Below, piece by piece: positions 50,282 through 61,132 of a DNA stretch of 64,000 nucleotides. Under the pieces are notes generated by a model. It ran no database searches and was not told the origin of the DNA. It was given only the letters and a program-made list of their open reading frames with translations. Source of the DNA: a virus; the IMG/VR virus record IMGVR_UViG_3300028423_000861, positions 1 through 64,000 of that record, one strand, 5' to 3'. The translations under genes were made by a program, and so were the position numbers. Numbering within the stretch: the first letter of the stretch is position 1; the number at the start of each line of letters is the position of its first letter.

Positions 50282-50826
50282 ACGTCCGCATAAAATGCTC
50301 GTTTGTCTCCGGGCAAGCTTTCAACTAGATCACGAACAAATTTACTGTCTGGATCATAAGCAAATACCTGATAATGACCGTGTACTCCGTCATCATCTTC
50401 ACTCATGACATCTTCGATCATTTCGTAAGTTCTTAACCAGTTCATCTTCATTTCACGATCTGGAAACCAACGTAACGGTATGCCTATCTGTTCTTGCTCC
50501 AATTCGTCCGCTTTTTTCTTGAGTGATTTTAGACACAATTCTAATGCATCATAATTGAGGAATCCACTTTCTTCAAAAACAATGCAGTGTGCAATCCATT
50601 TGCTTCCAGATGTTTGTGTCCATATAACATCACCCAACTTGGGTGGTTCTACTTCATAATTTTCATTTGTTGCAAACATATTATAAAGACTCTGACGAAC
50701 ATCTGGGTTCTTTTTCATAACTGTTTTTTCAATAGGCAGATGCGAATCACTGCCTACGCTTGCCGGGTAAGCAAGAATCTGATGTCCTTTTTCTAAAAAG
50801 TCACCTTCACCATATAGGATTTTCAT
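50257..50826 (-). CDS. Degenerate macrodomain protein
   Basis: EGDFL...LNYDALELCLKSL...IGIP...W..YEMIED; Gly-rich loops missing. Confidence 0.65.
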   Translation of the reverse strand: MKILYGEGDFLEKGHQILAYPASVGSDSHLPIEKTVMKKNPDVRQSLYNMFATNENYEVEPPKLGDVIWTQTSGSKWIAHCIVFEESGFLNYDALELCLKSLKKKADELEQEQIGIPLRWFPDREMKMNWLRTYEMIEDVMSEDDDGVHGHYQVFAYDPDSKFVRDLVESLPGDKRAFYADVQIRFRNF

Positions 50827-51257
50827 TAACTAATTTCCTGTTCTGTAAATGCCGACGGAAAATGTGTTCCTAACTCTGGATCAAATCCGCCCCCTTCTTT
50901 AACCCATGCTTCTTTACGCACAACAACTGGCATTCCCTTAGGATGTATGTCCCAAACAAACGTGAATCCCTCCCAGTTCATTCCCATGTTTGAATCAAGT
51001 TGTTCATCAATAATTTCATAGAGAGCTTTTAACTCTGGTGTCATCAGATGTTCAAGATCACGGGCATCATATTTGAGTATCTTAAACATCGCTTCACGCA
51101 GCCTACGCCGGTGCAAAATTTTTGATTTGCTTCCATCTGGAAGTGTCTGCCATTCTATTTTGGCTGCTTCCACGAATTGTTCTTCTGTTAAAACATCGTC
51201 AAATTTATCAACACCTCGCGCGACGTTGAGTAGTTTATCCATATCCGATTCTGTCAT
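50826..51257 (-). CDS. Hypothetical protein
   Basis: Clean ORF in operon. Confidence 0.7.
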   Translation of the reverse strand: MTESDMDKLLNVARGVDKFDDVLTEEQFVEAAKIEWQTLPDGSKSKILHRRRLREAMFKILKYDARDLEHLMTPELKALYEIIDEQLDSNMGMNWEGFTFVWDIHPKGMPVVVRKEAWVKEGGGFDPELGTHFPSAFTEQEIS

Positions 51258-52747
51258 TGATTATTCCTTTTATAAATGTATATATCATTACCTGCATCCC
51301 ATATACGATTATAACCGTTTATTTTCATGTTATCCCAGGCAGATAATTTTTCATCAAATATCTCTAGTTTATTTACTAGTTTGTGCTTCTGAAATTTCAT
51401 ACGATTGTGCAATGTTTTCCAATCTTCTATTACCCAAAAATTTGGATTTGAACGGCGTTCATATTCAAATCCCATGTTTTTATATACGTTGCCAGAGGCA
51501 TAACGAAGGTCTGCATAACTTATTATGGCTGGATCGTCATACAGTTGTTTAAAAGTTTTGAAAATTTTATTCGCTCCACCCACTACATAATGATATTTTT
51601 TTGTTGCTAATCGAATAATTTCAAATTGAAATCTTCTATCAAAACGAGGCTTTCTAAATGTCATGACTTGTGTTAGTTCATTGTCATGATACAAACCTAG
51701 CTTTATAGATGAATTGGCATATCCTTGTAAGTGATTCTGATTTAAAAATTCTCTTGCTTCAGATGTATTAATTTCTTTTACAACGCATTTCCTTGCTTGT
51801 ATTTGCTTATTGACTCCAATATGATTGGCAATCATCGATTTCCAAATATCATTAGACCTATCAGAAATCCATTCATTTTCAAAAATCTGAAAAAGTTTTA
51901 TATTTTTCTTAACTGACGATTCATATTTTTTATAATGATAATTTTTAGGTAAATTTCTAGCTTCTGAATGCCAATACAGTCCATGGTATTCTATTGCAAT
52001 ACTATAATCTGGTAAAAATATATCCAGTTCATATTTATTATCTAAAGGTTTACGCCTATTTTCCAAAATTTCAATATTGTTATCTAGTGATTTAATATAT
52101 TTCACTATCTCTTTTTCTGAACGGTGTTGGCTGATATCTAATCCAACTCTTTTGAAGATTTTTGAAAGATGACTTTGAGAAATACCTGTATCATTGTATA
52201 TTTGTCTTTTTTCCGTATTAGACAAGTAATCAATATCAGATAAAAGCTCTATAGCACCAGGCTTTAAGTGTGCTTGCTGATAATAAACGCCGTATTTGTC
52301 TAATGCATTCTTCTTTTTTCTTTCCTGAACTTCTGGCAATTGAGAAGCATTCAATACTCCATATTTTTTATTCATATATTTTTTTGAATCAGTTAAAACA
52401 CACCGTGTTCCGTGTTTTTTCATAGTGGTTTTTTCTATTTTTTCTCTTGTATTTTTGTGCTTCTGAGAGCAGGAATTAGAACAAAATTCAACCCTTCCTT
52501 TCCCGTGTATTCTTGCATACGGCATTGGGTTGTTGCATGTTAGGCATTTTTTAACATCATACATATCATTTAATATGTAATGACAGCGATGAGAAAATGA
52601 AACATCTGCTGGCAGGAAATCAGTTAGGTTGATTATCTTCTCATATTTGTCCTTCAAATCGTTCTTATCAAACCACGATGTAGTTATATTCGAATTAAAT
52701 GCACCAGAAGATTTTAGAAGGTGTTGTTTTATAAACTCTTTCATCAA
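51254..52747 (-). mobile_element. Free-standing Hef-like (PD-(D/E)xK) homing endonuclease
   Basis: CLTCNNP..FCSNSC, KYG repeats, ELDIFLP..IAIEYHGLYWHS, ISYADLR, RIWDAGN; markedly AT-rich. Confidence 0.85.
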
Positions 52748-52755
52748 GACCTCAG

Positions 52756-52788
52756 AATAAAAGCGTGGTAAATTACCACGCTTTTATT
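52756..52788. terminator. Bidirectional intrinsic terminator
   Basis: AATAAAAGCGTGGTAA-A-TTACCACGCTTTTATT perfect stem. Confidence 0.85.
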
Positions 52789-52798
52789 TATCTTGATA

Positions 52799-55765
52799 TT
52801 ATACTGAACCTTCAAGGTAATTTCGTTCAAGTGCCGCAACGGCGGAAATTGTAATACCAGTTGATCTTGTAATCGTACCGGATGCAATAACGAACTGAGC
52901 GTTATTGAGTCCGATAGCAACCAACGTAACCGGTGCGTCTGTTTGAGCACTTGCTGAACCTCTTTGGGTGTTAACATCGTAGTCGTATGTGAATGGAATA
53001 CTAATGTTACCAGCAGCGTCGACAGATCCAGCTGCTCCTGTATGTGTTCCTGTGCCGTTAATATCACCGAAAATCTGGATATCATCTGCATCTTCAACTA
53101 GGATAGCATCTTTGGTTCCGTAATCACGACCAAGGTTATCACCTGCATTGTCATTCGTAAAGAACAACCAATATTTTGCATTTGTATCGCCTTCGAGGTT
53201 TGAGTTGAAAACCAAGCTTCCGGATGCAGTGAACGGGAAGTTACGGCTTGTTTCACTATGGTCTTGGAATGTAGCGTTGTTGATGTCGCTAGTGTTAAGA
53301 TCATCAATGAACAAGTCAATACCTGTTCCTGTTGGAGTAGCAAAGCTCATCAAGAGGTCTGTAATGTTACCAATTGATGTTCCGTTACCAAAGTCGATGT
53401 CTGCGTCATCACGTAGCTGGTTCTGAATAAACTGGAAACACTCCTGCAAGGTTCCGTTATTACCAAACAGTCTCCAACGATATGCAAATGTTCCTGTACC
53501 AATTTGACGCTTGAATCCTTCACGGACTTCAATTGTTGCGGCAGTGTCAGTTGCATTTGTTGTTAGAGTATCTGTTGTAACAAGTGTGATTTGTGAACTG
53601 CTGTCACGTGTTAGAACTGTATAACGGCCATCATTTTCACCACCGTTTTCAGAACCACTTATAACAATCATTGTACCTGGCCCAACACTTGCATCCCATG
53701 TATCACCTGTTAGCGTAATAGTTCTTGCTGATCCATCAAAGTTGTAGTTTGTGGCTGCTGTGGTTTGTGTTAATTCGTCCTTGAACTGTAGGAACATTCC
53801 TGGTTCACGGATTTCATATGTAACTCCACCATCACGTGATGCCGGCCATTCTTCATCTAGAGTGTTGACATAAACAGTTGTAGCTGTTGGTAATACGGCA
53901 TTACTGTCATAATTACTGTCAACAATCTTATAAACACCAACATCAGTTGTGTCGGTTGTTCCGCCTGTAATAACAAGTATATCTCCTGCTTCAACACTTC
54001 CAAACGGTGAGTTAGTCGTGTCGGTTATTTCACCAAGTGCACCCGAAGCAACTGTTCCTGGTGCAACATTAATAATACCTTCACCAGCAGTACCACCATC
54101 TGTTGTGCTTGAAACAATAACACTTGAGTAAACATCATATTCAACGTCTGTGGTGTCATCAACTGACTGCCAATCTCCATTAAACACGAAGTCGCCATCA
54201 GCATTTACATATTCAACATCATCAACTACGAGCTCTGTTTCACTTGTAACTGAAGCGATCAAATAATATCCAACGTCGCTTGTTGATGATGTTGGATCTG
54301 CTGTAATACGCAACACATCACCAACGGCGACACCGTCACTCTGGAAAGTTGCGCCAGAATCTGTAAATGTCAATGTTGAGCTCTTGGTTCCGGTTGTGCC
54401 TGTTGATAGTTCTGCGCTGGTTCCATTAGGATCTGCAGAGAACTTGTATGGGCTTGTGCCGAAAATTTGTGCGTCGGTGATTGTAATAGCTGCGTCTGCT
54501 GTAGCAGTAAGCGGGAATCGGTTAACAATAGTTTGTAGTGTGCTAACACCGATGTCTGCAATCTCTGACTGAGCGTATGTTCGACCCTTTTTACGAGCGA
54601 ATAGTTTGAGGTAGGTTGTTCGGTCAAAGCCATCACCATATGCACCATCCTGGTTAGGGTCATCAAGAATCTGAACTGATTCGTTAACAACACCGGTAAA
54701 GGTAAAGTCGTTTTTGGCTGTTGTTGCGCTGACCTGCTGGTAATAAACTTGAGTGTCAATATCAAGAGAACCAAGTGTAACAACACCGGTCCAACGTGCT
54801 AGGTCTTGGTCACCAACCTGGTTACGTGTCTTTTCAGCCCATCCTCCAGTTCTAACCTTTTTACGGGTATAATCGTTGAACCAATTCCAGTTATCGTGTG
54901 CTGAACCGCCGCCAACTTCGAACTGCTCACTGGTAATAGCCTCGAAAGGAAATTCTGTTCGGATAAGGTCGTCGTTGTAATCACCTGACAAGTCAGTGAT
55001 TAGTGAGTCAACACGCCATTCATCCTTACCAAAGGAGTATATAGCCTGGAGGGTAATACCGTCTTTAACGTCGCCATCATCATCACCTGTGGTTTCATTT
55101 CCATTAATAAATTCACCAGTTGGTGTTGTTGATGCGACAACTGCACTTGCACCGTTGTTAAACACACCGACAAGAATACGATCATCAAACGTGTGTGTTG
55201 TTCCGGTTGCATCACTGTTTAGTGTGAGAACGGTTCCAGCCAATGCATTTGCGTATGTTGTTGCAAGACTGATAGTGTTTGCATCAACCCAGATAATGTA
55301 ATAAACATTACCCACTGTGAGTGCTGTATCAGCGCCACCACCACCTGCACTGGTGTAAACAATGGCATCGCCAGTAACATATCCGTGTGCGTTGATTGTA
55401 ATTTGGTTTGAAGCAACGGTAGTCAAATCAACCGTTGTTTGTGCAACAGTCAGTGATGTAGTTGCTGCACCTGTTGAACCATTATCAATATCCACTGCTG
55501 TGAATGCTGATGTTGATGGTGTTGTGTCGACGAAATAATGACCTGCGTCTGGTCCTGTTAAAACCGCTGCAACGTCACCTTCAGTAATGCCTGTCCATCC
55601 TGTTCCATCTGTATTGGTGATTTCGCTTGTAGTTGACACGTAGCAGTTTGCTAGTGTTGCGCCACGCTGTGTATCACCAACCGGATAAATTGAGATTTCC
55701 TGGCTAGCTGTACCGAAAATAACGTCATAGCGACCGATTAGATCTGGATCGGTAATAATTGCCAT
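52799..55765 (-). CDS. Large T/D/G-rich virion protein (988 aa)
   Basis: Acidic, Lys-poor beta-rich composition; GGAGG RBS and ATAAATA upstream; ends ALERNYLEGSV. Confidence 0.7.
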   Translation of the reverse strand: MAIITDPDLIGRYDVIFGTASQEISIYPVGDTQRGATLANCYVSTTSEITNTDGTGWTGITEGDVAAVLTGPDAGHYFVDTTPSTSAFTAVDIDNGSTGAATTSLTVAQTTVDLTTVASNQITINAHGYVTGDAIVYTSAGGGGADTALTVGNVYYIIWVDANTISLATTYANALAGTVLTLNSDATGTTHTFDDRILVGVFNNGASAVVASTTPTGEFINGNETTGDDDGDVKDGITLQAIYSFGKDEWRVDSLITDLSGDYNDDLIRTEFPFEAITSEQFEVGGGSAHDNWNWFNDYTRKKVRTGGWAEKTRNQVGDQDLARWTGVVTLGSLDIDTQVYYQQVSATTAKNDFTFTGVVNESVQILDDPNQDGAYGDGFDRTTYLKLFARKKGRTYAQSEIADIGVSTLQTIVNRFPLTATADAAITITDAQIFGTSPYKFSADPNGTSAELSTGTTGTKSSTLTFTDSGATFQSDGVAVGDVLRITADPTSSTSDVGYYLIASVTSETELVVDDVEYVNADGDFVFNGDWQSVDDTTDVEYDVYSSVIVSSTTDGGTAGEGIINVAPGTVASGALGEITDTTNSPFGSVEAGDILVITGGTTDTTDVGVYKIVDSNYDSNAVLPTATTVYVNTLDEEWPASRDGGVTYEIREPGMFLQFKDELTQTTAATNYNFDGSARTITLTGDTWDASVGPGTMIVISGSENGGENDGRYTVLTRDSSSQITLVTTDTLTTNATDTAATIEVREGFKRQIGTGTFAYRWRLFGNNGTLQECFQFIQNQLRDDADIDFGNGTSIGNITDLLMSFATPTGTGIDLFIDDLNTSDINNATFQDHSETSRNFPFTASGSLVFNSNLEGDTNAKYWLFFTNDNAGDNLGRDYGTKDAILVEDADDIQIFGDINGTGTHTGAAGSVDAAGNISIPFTYDYDVNTQRGSASAQTDAPVTLVAIGLNNAQFVIASGTITRSTGITISAVAALERNYLEGSV

Positions 55766-55827
55766 GTCTTAGTATCCCTCCTGGTTAATTATTGCATATG
55801 CTAGAGTTATTTATGCAAAACCGGCAA

Positions 55828-57795
55828 TTATATGGATCCAACGAGGTAATTTCGTTCAGTAATTTGCTGAACTGGAATACTCTGATTTGTATTGGTTAAC
55901 TGTAGTCCTGTTAGTCGAATATCTTTAGCGAACAGGTTGAAAATCACAACGATTAAGTTAATGTCTGTCGTATATGTATATGTATAGCTAAAATCTCCAA
56001 GGAAGGTGGCTGAAAAAGTTGCTCCGGTTCCGGTTCCTCCAGTCACACTTATCGGAGCAGATGGGTTTTCAGTGTATCCTGATCCAGGATCTGCAACACT
56101 TACAGAAGTAATACTGCCACCGCCATCAACACTATCAACATTCAATTGTGCTGCGGTTGTAAAAGTGCCACCTTGTAATGTAAGTGTATCGTTTACTGAG
56201 TATCCTGATCCACCTGAAATAATGTTAGCACTTCTTAATGTACTTTCACTACTTTCTGTTCCGGCGATTTCTATACCTTTTGTAGTAGATAGATCTGAAT
56301 TGAAAAGCCTGATTTCCGAATCTGTCTGGATACCGGTTAGAGTAAATGTAACCTGAAGTGGTTCTTCATATGTCACACCATCATCAGCAATAACTTGGTA
56401 ATTGTTAAGATCATCACCAGTGACATTTATCAAATACACTCCTGGTGCTCCAAAAAATCTTCCACCAGCGAATGTGCCAAGAGGACTTGCTTTGGTTGGC
56501 GTAAATGGAGTAACAGTTGTCGTCGTATTAAGACTATTACCTCCTATAACCAAGTTTTCACCAGTTACAAACGTCCCTTGTGAATTATTCAGCGTAACAT
56601 AAGTGTCTGATGAGTTCTTATTTGTAACGTACCCGGTTGCTCCTGACACCGAGCCCGTAACCTCGTCACCAATATTGACTGTGCCAGTTTCTGATGTATA
56701 ATCTATTCTATAGTCGATACCAATATATTGTTCTCCGTCAAGACCATTAAGTTGGGTAGTAGAACCTCTACGTGTAATATACTTCACGTATTCATAGACA
56801 TAACTTAGTGAGTTATTTGCACAATCCAATTGTATTGAATAATTCTCATTTGTTGTATCACTGTTAACATCGGCTGTATATGGACCTGTATAATTTATTG
56901 TTATCCCATTCGCAGCAATAACACCTGTTGTCTCGTTATTCAAATCATCCTGTGTAGCAAGTGGAATAGCAATACGACCACCGTTACTTGCATCCGAAAC
57001 AAAGTTATCATATGTGGTATTTGCTAAACGTGCATATACAGTCAAGTAACCGTTATCAATAAGTGTACCAAATTCATTTATTGGGAACAGTCTATCTATA
57101 GATCCTGTTGGAAAGAAAGTATCAAATGTCGTTTGATTCCTAGCAACATAAATTTGTGTTCCAGGAACAATCGTACCAATTGTATACAAGTTTGCCCATT
57201 CCCAGTTACCTGACTCAGGAGTAGCATCATTTTGGGTTGCTGTGTTTGATGATGTAGATGCGGTTAGTGTTCCTGTACTTGTAAAGCTATCCGTCGCGGC
57301 GCTTGAATCCGGTCGAATCCAAACTTGGAAATTCGTAGTATCAACATAAAGTATTTTACCACTATCTCCATCAGTGTGAGTTACTGTATCACCCTCATCG
57401 CTTGTTACCAGATTAAACGCCGTGCTTGAACACTGAACACGTATAATTCCGATATTGGTTGTTTCGGTTCTTGTCCATCCTGTCGTTGTGATACCACCAC
57501 CTGTAAAATGTTGAATAGTAAAAGGATCAATAAACCAAGGCTCGTTATCGTTTGTTTCAATTTCACCTATTGTATACTGTGTTGGCGTTACCGCACGAAA
57601 CGGAACACCTTCATTCATATAATCTCCGGCGCCAGCTGTGACATTATCAAAAACGTCCATCACAGCTGAATATACTTCATTAACGGTTCTCGTAGCAGTA
57701 TTTGCCGCAGACCCAGTCCATTTGATCTGCTTGTCTCCGCCAGTATCATCTGTAAAGTAGATGGTAATATCACCACCAAGAACTGAAACACTCAT
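55828..57795 (-). CDS. T/S/G-rich virion protein (655 aa)
   Basis: GGSGYS..D and PGSGYT.NP repeats; ends ITERNYLVGSI. Confidence 0.7.
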   Translation of the reverse strand: MSVSVLGGDITIYFTDDTGGDKQIKWTGSAANTATRTVNEVYSAVMDVFDNVTAGAGDYMNEGVPFRAVTPTQYTIGEIETNDNEPWFIDPFTIQHFTGGGITTTGWTRTETTNIGIIRVQCSSTAFNLVTSDEGDTVTHTDGDSGKILYVDTTNFQVWIRPDSSAATDSFTSTGTLTASTSSNTATQNDATPESGNWEWANLYTIGTIVPGTQIYVARNQTTFDTFFPTGSIDRLFPINEFGTLIDNGYLTVYARLANTTYDNFVSDASNGGRIAIPLATQDDLNNETTGVIAANGITINYTGPYTADVNSDTTNENYSIQLDCANNSLSYVYEYVKYITRRGSTTQLNGLDGEQYIGIDYRIDYTSETGTVNIGDEVTGSVSGATGYVTNKNSSDTYVTLNNSQGTFVTGENLVIGGNSLNTTTTVTPFTPTKASPLGTFAGGRFFGAPGVYLINVTGDDLNNYQVIADDGVTYEEPLQVTFTLTGIQTDSEIRLFNSDLSTTKGIEIAGTESSESTLRSANIISGGSGYSVNDTLTLQGGTFTTAAQLNVDSVDGGGSITSVSVADPGSGYTENPSAPISVTGGTGTGATFSATFLGDFSYTYTYTTDINLIVVIFNLFAKDIRLTGLQLTNTNQSIPVQQITERNYLVGSI

Positions 57796-59486
57796 GCCGC
57801 TGCTATAATATCCTCGTTAAGTGTTACGGTTAGGAGAAGTCCTGAACCCGTATTAGCCGTGGTTTCGACAGGCACATATCGTGTGCTGCCGGTAGTGCTT
57901 CTGCGCACCCTAATATAAACATCATTGTTTGCCGATGTTGAAAATGTAACATCTCCATTAACATCCGTCTCATCATTCGCTAATTCTGTATCCGTTCCAA
58001 CATCATATACTGCAACAACTGCACCAGTTACTGGGTTAGTAGTCGAATCAACAACGGTAATCGTGACACTCACGTTGTTATTGATAGTTACAGTCCCGGT
58101 CGAGTTTGTAGTGTCAACAGTGGGAGTATCTCCACCTGTAACATTAATTGTTATAGGACTTCCACTCGTATTAACTAAAACTTCATTTCCTGTTCCGCCA
58201 TCTGTAGCTGCATACCCATCGTATGTAAAATTTGAAAATGTAAATGGAGAATTAGTAGCATCAGCTATTTCAATAGCATGGCCTGTGCCACCTGATGTAA
58301 AACTGAGATCACTCAAATTGGTAGTATCTTCAATCAATACAGCCGCTTCCGCTGTTCCAGTAGATGTTGTCGCTGATATATCATTATTGCGGAATTCTGT
58401 TTGTCCAATAACAATTTGTGAACATCCACTAAAGCTAGTAGCAAAAATTTCATGATTTGGACCAGCTGTGGCATCTGTAGTAAATGTGACTCCTTGAGTA
58501 AAGCCACCAAAGGTGCAACCATATAGTCCTAGCGTATCTATATTTGCACTTGATGCAGTAAAAAATGCACCAACGCCAGCAGGGGTGATAAGAGAACATC
58601 CTTCTGACCCCGAACCAATACCATCACGAACACCAAGAATAAAACTGGTCGTGCCAGTTGCGTTTCCTGTTATAGTATATCCATATTTGTTAGTGCTGAA
58701 ATTTCGATCTTCGAAAACAACGGTTTGTCCTGTATCCTCAAAATCAAGACTTCCGGTCCCAGCACTATCACCAAATGTTAGAGGTCCTTGGAGACCAATC
58801 AAGTCAGCACCCAGCTCTCTGCAAATACCATATGCACCTGAAGTCGCACTTGCTGTGGTAACATGGTCAGCGGTAGAACGATCTCTTTGAGCAATTTCTA
58901 AAAATTTACCCTCTGTTCCTGTTCCGCCACCTGTAATGGTCAATCCGCCGTTGCCGTAGAATATGATGTCAACAAAACAGTTTTCCTGGTTACCAACACT
59001 CTTAGCAAGCGTTTTAAAAACTGCACCAATATCATCAATACTTGTTAGAACCAATGAACCAGCACCACCGCCGGCAAGTGTTGTTGTATTTGCAGGTAAA
59101 TTACCAGTATCGATAGTAAAACATTGCCAGACAACTGGTCCATCGTCGTGGCGGAAACCCGCACCATCAGAGCCGCCAACGTGATATCCAGCAGCATTGG
59201 TTCCATCACCCAAATAAACTTGAATTCCTCCATTTACTGTTGTGTCAAGAACTCCACCCGGGAGCATCCACACATAAACTAAGGTATCTGTTAGATCAAC
59301 TCCTGCCGGCAATGTATGATAAACATCTTCAGTAGCAGTTGAGACCTGGATACCCAAACAAGCATTTGCCTCAACAGGATCTGGTGCACTAGTAAAAACA
59401 GTTGGACTACCTGAAGAACTAGTCCATCCAGTGTTGGCGTCAGCTTCGTCAACAACAGTCCTGTTATCCAAAATAGTTACTGCCAT
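57792..59486 (-). CDS. T/G-rich virion protein with C-terminal Ig/carboxypeptidase-regulatory-like domain
   Basis: VTITVVD..NPVTGAVV...TDVNG C-terminal module. Confidence 0.65.
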   Translation of the reverse strand: MAVTILDNRTVVDEADANTGWTSSSGSPTVFTSAPDPVEANACLGIQVSTATEDVYHTLPAGVDLTDTLVYVWMLPGGVLDTTVNGGIQVYLGDGTNAAGYHVGGSDGAGFRHDDGPVVWQCFTIDTGNLPANTTTLAGGGAGSLVLTSIDDIGAVFKTLAKSVGNQENCFVDIIFYGNGGLTITGGGTGTEGKFLEIAQRDRSTADHVTTASATSGAYGICRELGADLIGLQGPLTFGDSAGTGSLDFEDTGQTVVFEDRNFSTNKYGYTITGNATGTTSFILGVRDGIGSGSEGCSLITPAGVGAFFTASSANIDTLGLYGCTFGGFTQGVTFTTDATAGPNHEIFATSFSGCSQIVIGQTEFRNNDISATTSTGTAEAAVLIEDTTNLSDLSFTSGGTGHAIEIADATNSPFTFSNFTYDGYAATDGGTGNEVLVNTSGSPITINVTGGDTPTVDTTNSTGTVTINNNVSVTITVVDSTTNPVTGAVVAVYDVGTDTELANDETDVNGDVTFSTSANNDVYIRVRRSTTGSTRYVPVETTANTGSGLLLTVTLNEDIIAAA

Positions 59487-59911
59487 TATCTCTCCTTGAG
59501 GAACCGGTCATAAAGAATCATTATAGCGGCCTGCTCTCCCCAAAATCCTCCATTATTAACCATACTTGGAATTTTAACAGCATGGTCTATACCTTCACGA
59601 AATTCGGTCATATATGGAGAAAAACCAGTTCTACCAATAACGTAGAGCGCATTTGTTGGATGGTTAAAATCAGGAAGTTCAACAGTTGCATTTTCATCAA
59701 CAAAAACTCTTTCAAAATTTTGTTGATCGGTTTCTGCAAAAACCTCTTGTAGGTTTGTTTTTTCTAAACAACGACTTTTGCTAATACCTGAAACTGGAAC
59801 CATATAAAATTCATCAAGTCCAAATTCCTTTAATGGATGTATCCACACATCAAATTCATTAATTGGAGACCGCCAGCCCAATTCCCAATGTCCGACTACT
59901 TTTACTGTCAT
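59486..59911 (-). CDS. SPOUT (SpoU/TrmH-like) methyltransferase-fold protein
   Basis: LPDFNHP.NALYVIGR...VKIP...AAIMILYDR resembles SPOUT knot motifs. Confidence 0.6.
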   Translation of the reverse strand: MTVKVVGHWELGWRSPINEFDVWIHPLKEFGLDEFYMVPVSGISKSRCLEKTNLQEVFAETDQQNFERVFVDENATVELPDFNHPTNALYVIGRTGFSPYMTEFREGIDHAVKIPSMVNNGGFWGEQAAIMILYDRFLKER

Positions 59912-59914
59912 ATT

Positions 59915-60313
59915 TTACTCCAATGTAATCTGTAATGTAATACGAATTTCATCGCCGTTGTTTTGAATGTTTAGTGGCGCATTAGTAAACCGTTCTGCCC
60001 ACATAAGCGCCCCGCTAGTTGCTTGCACTACGTAATATCCATATACATTACCAGCAGCACCGGTAAATGTAAATGTAACTTCTGGATACGCTGCGGTTGA
60101 TGGGCTTCCTGGTGTTACTGTCCAGCTTGCCGCAGTCAAAGGAACATCAGCATAACCACCTCCTGATGTTTCTGTATAAGTTAGTTCTGTATCGCTCTCG
60201 CTTGGTGTAGTATCTGAACTATAAAGTTTCAGAACAAGATCTTCAGGTGCTGTTTTATTGAGGAAGTTTTCCAAAATAATGGCTTCAGAGCTATTTGGGA
60301 CGAGTAAGGTCAT
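59915..60313 (-). CDS. Phage tail-fibre-associated small structural protein
   Basis: LKLYSSDTTP.ESD...TE.SGGGYA...W...YPEVTFTF...YGYYV...LMWAE. Confidence 0.7.
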   Translation of the reverse strand: MTLLVPNSSEAIILENFLNKTAPEDLVLKLYSSDTTPSESDTELTYTETSGGGYADVPLTAASWTVTPGSPSTAAYPEVTFTFTGAAGNVYGYYVVQATSGALMWAERFTNAPLNIQNNGDEIRITLQITLE

Positions 60314-61032
60314 TCGTTATCCTTTGGTTTTCTTTTCTTGCGTGTCTGTGTTTTTTCGGTTCGAGGTTCTTCCTGTTTAACTTCGATTAACGGTTCACCC
60401 TCAGGAGCCTCCTCAACATGCTCGCGAACAGTTTTGATCCAGTTATTTTCATCACGCTCTACTGCTTTGGTTACCGTGCGTTTTGTTTCGGGTAATGTCA
60501 CATGGATAACCGGAGCAGGAACATGAATAACAGGATTGAAATTTTGCATTTCGTCGATTTTGTCGATTAGCTTTCCTACCAATTGAATAAGAAGAGCAGT
60601 TTCACTCATTTCCTGAGTATCACCCGGATCCTCTGTGCTGGCATTTGGAACATATGTTAGAGGGCTTTCTTCCTCTTCTTGCGGTTGACGAGCATTGCGG
60701 AAAGAAACGTCGGCATTTTCAGCCAATTGTTCTTCATCTTCAACTTCTTGCTCTAGCTCGTCAATTTCATCATTCTCTTCAACAGCTTCATCATTCTCTT
60801 CAACAGCTTGTTGAGCAGCTTTTTCGGTTACTCGTGCAAGACGTTCGTTGAGGCTTTTGATCTGACTAGCAGCATCGAATTCCTTGTCGGCATGTTTTGC
60901 AACGTATTCTTTACTTGCTACAGATTCAGTAACTTCGCCCGATTCGTCAGTGCTGCGAAATTTAACTTCAGCACTGGGCTTGAGTTTACTCACTGTAGTA
61001 ATGTAATCATTAAGATCTTTTTTAGTGGCCAT
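60310..61032 (-). CDS. Acidic low-complexity late protein
   Basis: ATAAATA upstream; AVEENDE tandem duplication; PVIHVPAPVIHV. Confidence 0.7.
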   Translation of the reverse strand: MATKKDLNDYITTVSKLKPSAEVKFRSTDESGEVTESVASKEYVAKHADKEFDAASQIKSLNERLARVTEKAAQQAVEENDEAVEENDEIDELEQEVEDEEQLAENADVSFRNARQPQEEEESPLTYVPNASTEDPGDTQEMSETALLIQLVGKLIDKIDEMQNFNPVIHVPAPVIHVTLPETKRTVTKAVERDENNWIKTVREHVEEAPEGEPLIEVKQEEPRTEKTQTRKKRKPKDNE

Positions 61033-61132
61033 GATTTATCCTCTGGTGTATCTATTTATCCGGAATCAGGCACTTACTGAAAACCGCACAGTGTAATTAA
61101 CCGCGCGGTTATTTATCTGAGCGTCTGTTCTT

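Noticed and set aside
51254-52747. Intron or intein context for the homing endonuclease
   Set aside because: Flanking genes are complete and a terminator separates it from the upstream gene; it is free-standing.
60766-60807. 21-nt tandem duplication
   Set aside because: Simple in-frame AVEENDE duplication in a low-complexity linker.
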